Assembly (NCBI GenBank): GCA_963729715.1
Contig: CAVSPA010000016.1
Location: 28,064-92,063, forward strand
DNA: 64,000 nucleotides
Source: an uncultured delta proteobacterium
GTDB taxonomy: Bacteria; Desulfobacterota; Syntrophia; Syntrophales; UBA2185
Reading direction: 5' to 3'
Part shown: positions 38,465 through 48,027 of the stretch, piece after piece
How the letters are laid out: every line of letters starts with the position of its first letter
Numbering within the stretch: position 1 is the stretch's first letter
Notes under the pieces: generated by a model
What the model saw: the letters and a program-made list of their open reading frames with translations, nothing else
Database searches by the model: none
Told to the model about the DNA's origin: nothing
Translations under genes and position numbers: made by a program

Positions 38465-38481
38465 AGCAATTACCATACCAA
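38465..38481 (-). promoter_or_regulatory. sigma54 (-24/-12) promoter of the pilin gene
   Basis: Minus strand TTGGTAT-ggtaa-TTGCT matches the TGGCAC-N5-TTGC spacing and sits in an AT-rich region about 180 nt upstream of the start. Confidence 0.8.
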
Positions 38482-38720
38482 GTTGTCACTTCTATCAAAT
38501 TCTAAACAAAACAACTTTTTCGTCTTTTATTATCATCTCTTAGATATAGATTTCCATTAACCCAACATTTTGCATTTGATATTATTTAAATCATAATTAG
38601 TAATTTTCACCAATCTTCTGTGAATTTCGCCTTTCTGCGATTAATCAATAATTTGTGGCTACCAATTTTCTCTATTGATCAAAAAATGGAATTAGCCATT
38701 TTGGGGAGATATTTCTTGCC

Positions 38721-38750
38721 TTGACACCTATGTCTTATTTTCACTATATT
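38721..38750 (+). promoter_or_regulatory. sigma70-type promoter for the PTPS-folE2 unit
   Basis: TTGACA-N18-TATATT upstream of a GGAGGT RBS and GTG 38779. Confidence 0.5.
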
Positions 38751-38778
38751 ATGAGGCGATATTGGGACGGGAGGTCCG

Positions 38779-39180
38779 GTGTACGAAGTTACGATAAGGC
38801 AATCGTTTTCTGCCGCTCACACGTTGAAGGAAGCAGGCGGTGCGTGCGAGAAACTCCATGGTCATAATTTTATCGTTGAAGTCTCCATATGCTCTGCTGC
38901 ACTGAGCGATGCCGGCATTCTCATTGATTTCAGAATATTAAGGCAGTGGACAGATGAAGTACTGAAGGAATTTGATCATAAATATCTAAACGACATAAGT
39001 CATTTCAAGGATACAAGCGCCTCGTCAGAAAATATTGCCAGATATATCTATGACAGAATTTCGGAAAAAATAAAAGAAAGCAATTTTGCAGTATCCCTTG
39101 TTACCGTATGGGAATCAGAGGATGCGAGAGCTTCTTATTGCGGAAACAGCAATGATCGACATCCAAAATCAAAAAGATGA
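38779..39180 (+). CDS. 6-pyruvoyltetrahydropterin synthase-family protein with hybrid CExLHGH motif (PTPS-I/III type)
   Basis: FSAAH, ACEKLHGHNF, IDF, FDH, SSENIA, WES; overlaps the folE2 start. Confidence 0.88.
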   Translation: MYEVTIRQSFSAAHTLKEAGGACEKLHGHNFIVEVSICSAALSDAGILIDFRILRQWTDEVLKEFDHKYLNDISHFKDTSASSENIARYIYDRISEKIKESNFAVSLVTVWESEDARASYCGNSNDRHPKSKR

Positions 39181-39922
39181 CAGGAATATAGATATACAAA
39201 AAGTGGGCGTAAAGGGAATTAAGTACCCCATTGTGGTCCTGGATCGCGCGAACGGCACGCAGCATGTCAATGCAACCATCAACATCTACGTCGCCCTGCC
39301 TCACCGCTTTAAGGGGACGCATATGAGCCGTTTTGTGGAAATATTGAATGAATTCAGGGGGCAGATAAACATAAAAACCTTTCATAAAATTCTTCAAGAG
39401 GTCAAGGATAAACTTCATGCGGAATCCGCACACATGGAAATTGAGTTTCCCTACTTTGTCGAGAAAACCGCTCCCGTATCGGGGGCGAAAAGTCTCATGG
39501 AATACACGTGCTCGTTCAGCGGACAAAACAGCATCAGCACGAAAGATTTTCTCGTGGGAGTGGTCGTACCGGTCACTACTGTATGCCCCTGTTCTAAGGA
39601 AATCAGCAATCTTGGCGCTCATAACCAGAGAAGTATGGTAACTGCGAAGGTGAGGTTCAAGAAATTTTTCTGGATTGAGGATCTTATCAGGCTGGTTGAA
39701 GATTCTGCGAGCGGCGAAGTGTATTCCCTCCTGAAAAGGGTTGATGAAAAATTTGTTACCGAAAAGGCACATGAGAACCCGATGTTCGTCGAGGATGTAG
39801 TAAGAAATGTAGCCCAGGAGCTAAACAGAAATGATAATTTCACGTGGTACAGCGTGGAGGCGGAGAATTTCGAGAGTATCCACAATCACAGTGCTTACGC
39901 ATGTGTGGAAAAGACTGGCTGA
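39152..39922 (+). CDS. folE2: GTP cyclohydrolase IB
   Basis: DIQ, IQKVGV, GTHMSRF, TVCPCSK, AHNQRS, LLKR.DEK, NPMFVED, ESIHNH. Confidence 0.95.
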   Translation: MIDIQNQKDDRNIDIQKVGVKGIKYPIVVLDRANGTQHVNATINIYVALPHRFKGTHMSRFVEILNEFRGQINIKTFHKILQEVKDKLHAESAHMEIEFPYFVEKTAPVSGAKSLMEYTCSFSGQNSISTKDFLVGVVVPVTTVCPCSKEISNLGAHNQRSMVTAKVRFKKFFWIEDLIRLVEDSASGEVYSLLKRVDEKFVTEKAHENPMFVEDVVRNVAQELNRNDNFTWYSVEAENFESIHNHSAYACVEKTG

Positions 39923-40078
39923 CATCCCTCATGTTGCATTATCTGTCATTTTTCTTTGACAAAACCGCTCTAATCATTTACAAAATTCATGAGGCATGAA
40001 TAAAATATCGATTTAAAATATGAGCCCGGAAATATCCGGCTGATTGCAAATAAGTAAAAAGGGAAGTTGCTGTACACC

Positions 40079-42157
40079 ATGGAATCGAGCGAAGAACGCC
40101 AGTATTTTAATTTGTACAATCATGGATTTGTCAGGGTCGCCGTCTGCATACCGGAACTGAAGGTAGCTGATGCCCCGTTCAATGCCGCCAGTACAATCAA
40201 ACTGGTTAAACAAGCTTCAGCCAATAATGCCATCCTTGCCCTCTTCCCTGAACTCGGCATATCAGCATACTCGAACGAGGATCTCTTCCACCAGGATGCC
40301 CTTCTCACAGGCGTAATGGACGGACTCAAAGAAATTCTCCACGCCACAAGAGAACTTAATACAATCTTAGTGATTGGCGCCCCCTTGCGGGTCGATTTCC
40401 GGCTTTTTAACTGCGGCATTGTCCTGTATCGAGGCCGTATCCTTGGCATTGCAGTCAAGTCTTATCTGCCCAACTATCGCGAGTTTTATGAGGGCCGCCA
40501 ATTCAGTCCCGCTGAAGGCGCCCGGTCAAAGGTTATTGACATTTGCGGTCAGGAAAACGTTCCTTTCGGAGCTGACGTGCTGTTTAATGTGAAGAATATA
40601 GATAATTTTACTTTCTTTATAGAAATATGTGAAGATGTCTGGGTACCCATTCCACCTTCCAGCTATGCAGCCATGGCGGGGGCGACCGTTATCGGAAACC
40701 TCTCGGCATCCAACATAACCGTTGGAAAATCGGACTATCGCCAATCTCTCGCGGCAAACCAGTCCGCACGCTGTATATCTGCATACCTCTATGCGGCCGC
40801 AGGTCCCGGAGAATCCACCACTGATCTCGCGTGGGATGGACACGCCATGATCTATGAAAACGGTAATCTGCTGGCGGAATCGGAACGTTTCTCATGGCAG
40901 TCACAATTGATTTACGGAGATGTGGATCTCGACCGCTTAGCACAGGACAGGATGCGTATGAACAGCTTCGGACAGAATGCCAGTACGCACAGAGAGCAAC
41001 TGGAAAAATTCCGGAAAGTTTCATTCAACATCATCCCCATTGAAGAACGGATACTGCTGGACAGGGAATATCCCAGATTCCCATATATACCTGCTGATCC
41101 CAGCAAGCGTGATCAGCGCTGCTATGAAGCATACAACATACAAGTGCATGGGCTTGCCCAACGTCTAAAATCATCGGAGATCGAGAACGTGGTGATCGGT
41201 ATATCCGGCGGCTTGGACTCAACCCATGCCCTGATTGTCGCGGCAAGGACTATGGATCTCTTGGGTCTGCCGAGGTCCAACGTCAAGGCCTACACCATGC
41301 CCGGATTTGCGACCTCAGAAAAAACATACACCAATGCGCTGAAATTGATGAAGGCCATAGGTGTAGAGGCCAATGAGATTGATATAAAACCAAGCTGCAT
41401 GCAAATGCTGAGGGATGTAGGTCACCCATTTGCAGAAGGGAAAAAACTCTACGACATCACTTTCGAAAACATTCAGGCCGGGGACCGTACCTCCCATCTG
41501 TTTCGCATAGCCAACATGAAGAAAGCCCTTGTTGTCGGTACCGGGGATCTAAGTGAACTGGCGTTAGGCTGGTGCACTTACGGAGTGGGCGATCACATGT
41601 CCCATTACAGCGTAAATGCTAGTGTACCGAAAACCTTTATTCAGCATCTGATACGTTGGGTCGCACATTCCTCGCTGTTTGAGAAGGAAACCTCGGAGGT
41701 CTTGCTCGATATACTTGAGACCGAGATCAGCCCTGAATTAATTCCGGGAATAAACGGCGGCCAGCCGGCGCAGAAGACTGAGTCCGTAGTAGGCCCTTAC
41801 GATTTGCAGGATTTTAACAATTTCTTTATTACGAGATTCGGCTATCTCCCTACCAAAGTAGCATTCATGGCCTATTGCACCTGGAGAGATAAGACCAAAG
41901 GCCAGTGGCCGGATGTCCCGAAAAAGAAGAGAAACCAATACACGATCGGCGAAATAAAACAGTGGCTGATGATATATCTACATCGTTTCTTCAAGCTGAG
42001 CCAGTATAAGCGCTCATGTATACCTAATGGGCCAAAGGTAGGGTCCGGTGGTTCTCTGTCTCCCAGGGGAGATTATCGGGCGCCAAGCGACAGCGAAGCT
42101 ACGGTCTGGCTGGAAAATGCGAAAAATATACCCGAAAGGGACGACAGATCAAGATGA
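40079..42157 (+). CDS. nadE: Glutamine-dependent NAD+ synthetase
   Basis: Nitrilase domain (FPEL, KSYLPNY.EFYE, EICED.W) plus synthetase domain ([27 protein letters not shown]). Confidence 0.95.
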   Translation: MESSEERQYFNLYNHGFVRVAVCIPELKVADAPFNAASTIKLVKQASANNAILALFPELGISAYSNEDLFHQDALLTGVMDGLKEILHATRELNTILVIGAPLRVDFRLFNCGIVLYRGRILGIAVKSYLPNYREFYEGRQFSPAEGARSKVIDICGQENVPFGADVLFNVKNIDNFTFFIEICEDVWVPIPPSSYAAMAGATVIGNLSASNITVGKSDYRQSLAANQSARCISAYLYAAAGPGESTTDLAWDGHAMIYENGNLLAESERFSWQSQLIYGDVDLDRLAQDRMRMNSFGQNASTHREQLEKFRKVSFNIIPIEERILLDREYPRFPYIPADPSKRDQRCYEAYNIQVHGLAQRLKSSEIENVVIGISGGLDSTHALIVAARTMDLLGLPRSNVKAYTMPGFATSEKTYTNALKLMKAIGVEANEIDIKPSCMQMLRDVGHPFAEGKKLYDITFENIQAGDRTSHLFRIANMKKALVVGTGDLSELALGWCTYGVGDHMSHYSVNASVPKTFIQHLIRWVAHSSLFEKETSEVLLDILETEISPELIPGINGGQPAQKTESVVGPYDLQDFNNFFITRFGYLPTKVAFMAYCTWRDKTKGQWPDVPKKKRNQYTIGEIKQWLMIYLHRFFKLSQYKRSCIPNGPKVGSGGSLSPRGDYRAPSDSEATVWLENAKNIPERDDRSR

Positions 42158-42351
42158 GCCGGGAAACTTATAAGGACTTTGATGCCACAGAGCTTCTCTG
42201 CCCTAAATGTAAAAGGGCCGTCCCGGTAAGAAAGAGGCTCTTGTTGATTCTCTCTGATGGGGAAAAGTATGATTATATGTGTGTATACTGCGGAACTTCA
42301 GTGGGAGATAAGATTATCAAACAGAAAAATAATCTCGGGATTATTAAATGA
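42154..42351 (+). CDS. Small zinc-ribbon protein
   Basis: 65 aa with CPKC...CVYC; ATGA overlap with the nadE stop. Confidence 0.65.
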   Translation: MSRETYKDFDATELLCPKCKRAVPVRKRLLLILSDGEKYDYMCVYCGTSVGDKIIKQKNNLGIIK

Positions 42352-42357
42352 CAGGCA

Positions 42358-42831
42358 TCAGCTACTGACCTTTTTCTCCATGGCCTTCTTTAATTTATCG
42401 GCCAGAGACCCCAGCTTGACTTGAGGGGCGCCTTTCACGTTCAAATCCTCATAAGCAAAACTGCTGTCAGATCGACCTGATGAACCTCCCAGATATTCTC
42501 CAAGAATTCCCCGGCTATGAACATCCTCATGACAATAGACGCAGAGGTTTTCCCAGTTACTCCCATCCAGTGGGTTGTTATCATGATTGCCGTCCTTGTG
42601 ATGGACGGTGAGTAAATGCCGTGTAGAGTCATCAAACTCCCTTCCGCATCGGGCACATATAAGGCCATAAAGAGTGAGTGATCTATCGCGGTAATCTTCG
42701 CCCGGCATTTTCTGTTGTTCTCTTTTCAGATCACGGACGACGTCTTCCGCGGATCTCATATCTTGAGATTTATCCTTAACGGTCATCGTACGGACGCGCC
42801 CCCCTTTTTTTCCATAGGTTACACGGGGCAT
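42358..42831 (-). CDS. YajD-family HNH nuclease
   Basis: YRDRSL..Y..ICARCGREF, LTVHHKDGNHDNNP.DGSNWENLCVYCH; GGAGGT RBS before ATG 42831. Confidence 0.85.
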   Translation of the reverse strand: MPRVTYGKKGGRVRTMTVKDKSQDMRSAEDVVRDLKREQQKMPGEDYRDRSLTLYGLICARCGREFDDSTRHLLTVHHKDGNHDNNPLDGSNWENLCVYCHEDVHSRGILGEYLGGSSGRSDSSFAYEDLNVKGAPQVKLGSLADKLKKAMEKKVSS

Positions 42832-42888
42832 AATGCATACCTCCACGATTCCGGGCAGAATATAGATAATATTAGTTTGATACGACGG

Positions 42889-43284
42889 CTATTCGCATCT
42901 GCGTGAAGACAGGAATACTTTCAGAAATACTTTCACGCCTGTCAGGACTGCGAAGGCATTTCTGACTGTTTTGAAAACAGGAAGACGCGCTCCCACATGC
43001 AAGACATTTTCAATGTCCGATACGATGCCCAGCAACCCCTGAATGCGCTTGGCAACGAGTGACAGTCCCTCAATCTGTTCATTCACTGTACGAGTTGCCT
43101 TGTTGATATTCGTGCTGATTTCTTCCAGGTTCTTGAGGATGCCGGGCAAACTTTCATTGAGCATCTGCAGCGTTTCGGTCATACTCTTTGCGGTCCGCCA
43201 AATCTGCAGCAGGAAAGGAACGGATAACACCGCGATGAGAAGAAACACAAAGCTCAAAATTACGACGCTGATTTCGAGAAACAT
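42889..43284 (-). CDS. DUF948 (YtxG-like) membrane-anchored coiled-coil protein
   Basis: N-terminal TM followed by heptad helices; paired with the YtxH-like gene. Confidence 0.6.
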   Translation of the reverse strand: MFLEISVVILSFVFLLIAVLSVPFLLQIWRTAKSMTETLQMLNESLPGILKNLEEISTNINKATRTVNEQIEGLSLVAKRIQGLLGIVSDIENVLHVGARLPVFKTVRNAFAVLTGVKVFLKVFLSSRRCE

Positions 43285-43320
43285 GGATATCTCCCGCTCC
43301 TTGTGCTCACGTGCTTGATA

Positions 43321-43698
43321 TTACGCCTTTTCTTTTTCTTCCTTGAATGCCTCGACTCCCGCATCTATTGCTTTCTTCAGGCGCCCTTTCGTCTCCAGAA
43401 CCGTCTCTTTTCCCCGATCGGCCAGACCCTCGACCTTTGCCTCCATCTCTCCGACCTTGTCTTTCGCGGCGGATTCCAGCAGCTTCAGACGCTGAATGGC
43501 GGTTTCATAGGCCTTCTTGCTCTTTTCCAGCGCCAATTCATATTCTACTTTGGCCTTCTCTATCAATTCCTCAGCCTTCCTGCTGAGATCCTCGCGCGTC
43601 TCTTTACCGCTCTTGGGTGCATAGAGAATCCCAATTGCCGCACCAATCAAGCCTCCCACAAGCAACCCTTTAATGAAATCATCTACTCTGTTTGACAT
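43321..43698 (-). CDS. YtxH-domain protein
   Basis: F..GLLVGGLIGAAIGILYAPKSGKETR signature; AAGGAGG RBS. Confidence 0.88.
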   Translation of the reverse strand: MSNRVDDFIKGLLVGGLIGAAIGILYAPKSGKETREDLSRKAEELIEKAKVEYELALEKSKKAYETAIQRLKLLESAAKDKVGEMEAKVEGLADRGKETVLETKGRLKKAIDAGVEAFKEEKEKA

Positions 43699-44047
43699 AC
43701 TCGAACCTCCTTAATACTGAACGTCCATTTAGTCGAGCCGGATTATTACATGTCCAAGGACATATGCTCTCCATATGGCAACAAACAATAAATGATGATT
43801 GTTCTTAGTATTTTATACATACTAACAGTGGAACATGCAACAACAAAATTGAGAATTTCAGATAAATTTCCAAAAGATTTTCCATCCCCGGAAAAAAGGT
43901 TCTCTTTCCCGACCCTTCAAAATAATATTTCACTGTATCTTCCTGAGCTCAGCGTCCGTTTGTTATCCCTGAAAAGATATCTGTGATTGTAACACCCTCA
44001 TAAAGATGTTAATAATACACACAGGTTAAATCTTTGCAGTGAGGAAA

Positions 44048-44848
44048 ATGAAAGAAACGTGCCCCCAAACTGAAGCCTGTTTCAAGAGGCTTCTCCAGAC
44101 TATTCAAAAGCTGCGATCCAAAGACGGGTGTCTCTGGGATAGAAAACAGAAAAAAGAGGATATGGCAAAATATATACTGGAAGAAACCTACGAACTGATT
44201 GACGCCATAGAAGACGGTTCACCGGAGGCTATTAAAGAGGAAATGGGTGATCTTCTCTTTCAGATTTTGTTTTTGGCGCATATTTCAGAGGAAGCGGAAA
44301 ACTTCAAGCTCCCCGATATTATGAATGATGTGAATGAAAAGATGATAAGAAGGCATCCCCATGTCTTTGGTAATACCAGCGTCAAGAACATTGAAGAGAT
44401 CAAGAACAATTGGGAAGATATCAAAAATAATAAGGAAAAGAGGAATGTGAAAGGCCGCGGGCTTTTTGAGAACATTCCGCGCTCCATGCCGGCCTTAAGG
44501 CGGGCACAAAAAGTGACCGAGGCGGCCTCCAAGGTTGGTTTTGACTGGGCGAGAACGGAGGAAGTCTTCGCTAAAATTGAAGAGGAACTTGCTGAATTCA
44601 AGTCGTCCCTGACAGCCGCTGACAGCAAATGTATCAGGGAAGAAATTGGCGACCTTCTCTTTTCCCTGGTAAATATATCAAGGTTTGTGAATGTAAACGC
44701 CGAGGAATCGCTCACGGCCTCCATTGCGAAATTTATTGACAGATTCTCCTACATCCAGGAGAAACTTGCAGAGCGGGGCAAGGATCCTGCCGGTGCATCA
44801 CTCAGAGAAATGGATGATCTGTGGAATGAATCGAAGTTGAAGGAATAA
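44048..44848 (+). CDS. mazG: Nucleoside triphosphate pyrophosphohydrolase
   Basis: LR...GC.WD, EETYE, EEMGDLL, RRHPHVF, GFDW, EEIGDLLF tandem domains. Confidence 0.93.
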   Translation: MKETCPQTEACFKRLLQTIQKLRSKDGCLWDRKQKKEDMAKYILEETYELIDAIEDGSPEAIKEEMGDLLFQILFLAHISEEAENFKLPDIMNDVNEKMIRRHPHVFGNTSVKNIEEIKNNWEDIKNNKEKRNVKGRGLFENIPRSMPALRRAQKVTEAASKVGFDWARTEEVFAKIEEELAEFKSSLTAADSKCIREEIGDLLFSLVNISRFVNVNAEESLTASIAKFIDRFSYIQEKLAERGKDPAGASLREMDDLWNESKLKE

Positions 44849-44855
44849 TCATGTA

Positions 44856-45041
44856 ATGGAATATTTCTTGTGTGTCTTGGGAATGGTTTTCATCATCGAA
44901 GGCCTCCCTTACTTCGCTTTCCCGGAGAAGGTTAAGTCTTACATTATGAAACTGCAGGAAATGCCCGACTCCGTCCTGAGGGTCCTGGGGCTCTCCGCAA
45001 TTATAGCAGGTTTGATTCTCATATATTTCGGAAGAAGTTGA
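44856..45041 (+). CDS. DUF2065-family small membrane protein
   Basis: G.VFIIEGLPYFAFP...LRVLG pattern. Confidence 0.8.
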   Translation: MEYFLCVLGMVFIIEGLPYFAFPEKVKSYIMKLQEMPDSVLRVLGLSAIIAGLILIYFGRS

Positions 45042-45044
45042 AGG

Positions 45045-46085
45045 ATGAAATTAGAGGATTTCGGTTACCATCTTCCCGAGGAGCTTATCGCTCAAACCCC
45101 AAGTAATCTAAGAGACGAATCTCGGATGATGGTTGTTAAGAGAAGGACTGGCGAGATTGAATGCAGAACTTTTCGTGACTTGCCGGAATTTGCAGAAAAG
45201 GGCAATGTACTCGTCATTAATGACACAAAGGTAATTCCGGCAAGGCTAATGGGAAAGAAGTCAACCGGAGGGATGATCGAGATACTCCTTCTGTCCAGAA
45301 TGTCCAAAGATTCAAATTCACCAGAAACTTGGCAGGTATTATTAAGACCTGCTAAAAGAGTCCGTGTGGGAGAGAGAATATTATTCGATACGGACGGTGA
45401 GGCTAAGGTCATTGATCGCGTATCGGAGAAGAAATGGATCGTGACATTTGCCACAGGCTTGGCATTCGATGCTTTCCTAAAACAATACGGGAGAACGCCC
45501 CTCCCACCATACATTAGACGGCATAAGGACTCTCTCGATTCTGCCGCGGATATGGACAGGTATCAGACAATATATGCCCGGTTTCCCGGTTCAGTTGCAG
45601 CACCGACGGCGGGTTTGCATTTCTCTCAAAATATTTTCGACACCCTAAAAAAAAATGGTGTATACGTCGTGCCCGTTACATTGCATGTAGGTTACGGAAC
45701 ATTTCTCCCCATAGAAACAGATGACGTCGAAGACCATGTGATGGAAGAGGAGTTTTTTGAAATAACGCCTGAAGCAGCAAAGGTAATAAACGGCGCCAAA
45801 AAGGTTATTGCCGTGGGAACGACATCCACAAGGGTGCTTGAAGCGGCTACAGACGAGGCGGGAAAGATTAAACCCTGCTCCGCTTATACCAAACTCTTTA
45901 TCTATCCCGGTTACCGATTTAGGAGGGTCGATACATTAATAACTAATTTTCATCTTCCCAGGTCCTCCCTTTTCTTACTTGTGTGTGCCTTTGCCGGTAA
46001 ACACCTGACAGAACACGCCTACAAAGATGCTGTAAAAAATAGATTCCGCTTTTACAGTTATGGAGATTGCATGCTCATTCTATAG
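45045..46085 (+). CDS. queA: S-adenosylmethionine:tRNA ribosyltransferase-isomerase
   Basis: LPEELIAQ, NDTKVIPARL, PLPPYI, AAPTAGLHF, TLHVG.GTF, TNFHLP, YSYGD. Confidence 0.97.
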   Translation: MKLEDFGYHLPEELIAQTPSNLRDESRMMVVKRRTGEIECRTFRDLPEFAEKGNVLVINDTKVIPARLMGKKSTGGMIEILLLSRMSKDSNSPETWQVLLRPAKRVRVGERILFDTDGEAKVIDRVSEKKWIVTFATGLAFDAFLKQYGRTPLPPYIRRHKDSLDSAADMDRYQTIYARFPGSVAAPTAGLHFSQNIFDTLKKNGVYVVPVTLHVGYGTFLPIETDDVEDHVMEEEFFEITPEAAKVINGAKKVIAVGTTSTRVLEAATDEAGKIKPCSAYTKLFIYPGYRFRRVDTLITNFHLPRSSLFLLVCAFAGKHLTEHAYKDAVKNRFRFYSYGDCMLIL

Positions 46086-46226
46086 GCTGGGATCAACGAA
46101 ATATTGCTGGGCCTGGCATTTCGTCAGTTCAAAATCACCTCGATGCCAAAATGCTGCTCGGGCTGCACGGAGAAATCCTTAGAATAAGCCTTGTAATTCA
46201 AGATTCTCTATATATTATAGTTATGA

Positions 46227-47366
<1,140 letters not shown>

Positions 47367-47410
47367 TTCTTGGATCTGATAGCTGACAGTCAAACTACAA
47401 AGAGGAGGAC

Positions 47411-47740
47411 TTGAAATTGACAGACATTGCTCATGCTATGGGTGGTTTTGGCGGAGGAGGCGGCGCCGGAGGAGGAGGCGATATTAGTTTTATAATAATG
47501 ATGGCTGTTGTGTTTGCCATCTTCTACTTTCTCATGATACGGCCTCAGCAACAGAAGCAAAAAGAAATTAAGAAAATGCGTGAAAGCCTCACCCATGGAG
47601 ATATGGTCGTAACCGCGGGAGGGATTCACGGAAAAGTGATGGCTTTGACAGATACGATCGTTACGCTTGAAGTTGCTGAAAAAGTGAGGATAAAGGTCTC
47701 ACGAGAATATATAGGTACTGTTACACAAAAAGCTACATAA
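47411..47740 (+). CDS. yajC: Preprotein translocase subunit YajC
   Basis: FYFLMIRPQ, GD.VVTAGGIHG; GAGGAGG RBS with TTG start; canonical position. Confidence 0.94.
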   Translation: MKLTDIAHAMGGFGGGGGAGGGGDISFIIMMAVVFAIFYFLMIRPQQQKQKEIKKMRESLTHGDMVVTAGGIHGKVMALTDTIVTLEVAEKVRIKVSREYIGTVTQKAT

Positions 47741-48027
47741 GAATAAAATTGAACCTGTAACAAGTCCCAGACTGGATCAAGGGACAGTATTGCGAAAGAG
47801 ATAAGTCACGCGGAATTTTTAGTGTTGCCTGAAATGCGTCATCGCACGGAAAAAATGATATAATGGTATTTTCCTTTTTTTTTGCGTCGCATATGTGCGG
47901 GGTTGAAGGGAAGCCCGGTTCCTCGAACTGAAAGATTTCGGCACGTAAATCACGACGGTGTGTAATAGAGTGCAACTCCGGTTTTCGCACTTTACAAATT
48001 CGTCAATTAGGTTGAAAGGGGTAAAAC

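Noticed and set aside
38643..38655. IHF site (AATCAA-taat-TTG) for the pilin sigma54 promoter
   Set aside because: It matches the consensus but lies about 190 nt from the predicted start site in very AT-rich DNA, where chance matches are likely.
42358..42831. HNH protein as a homing endonuclease or defence nuclease
   Set aside because: It matches the small conserved YajD family and has no intron, methylase or mobile context.
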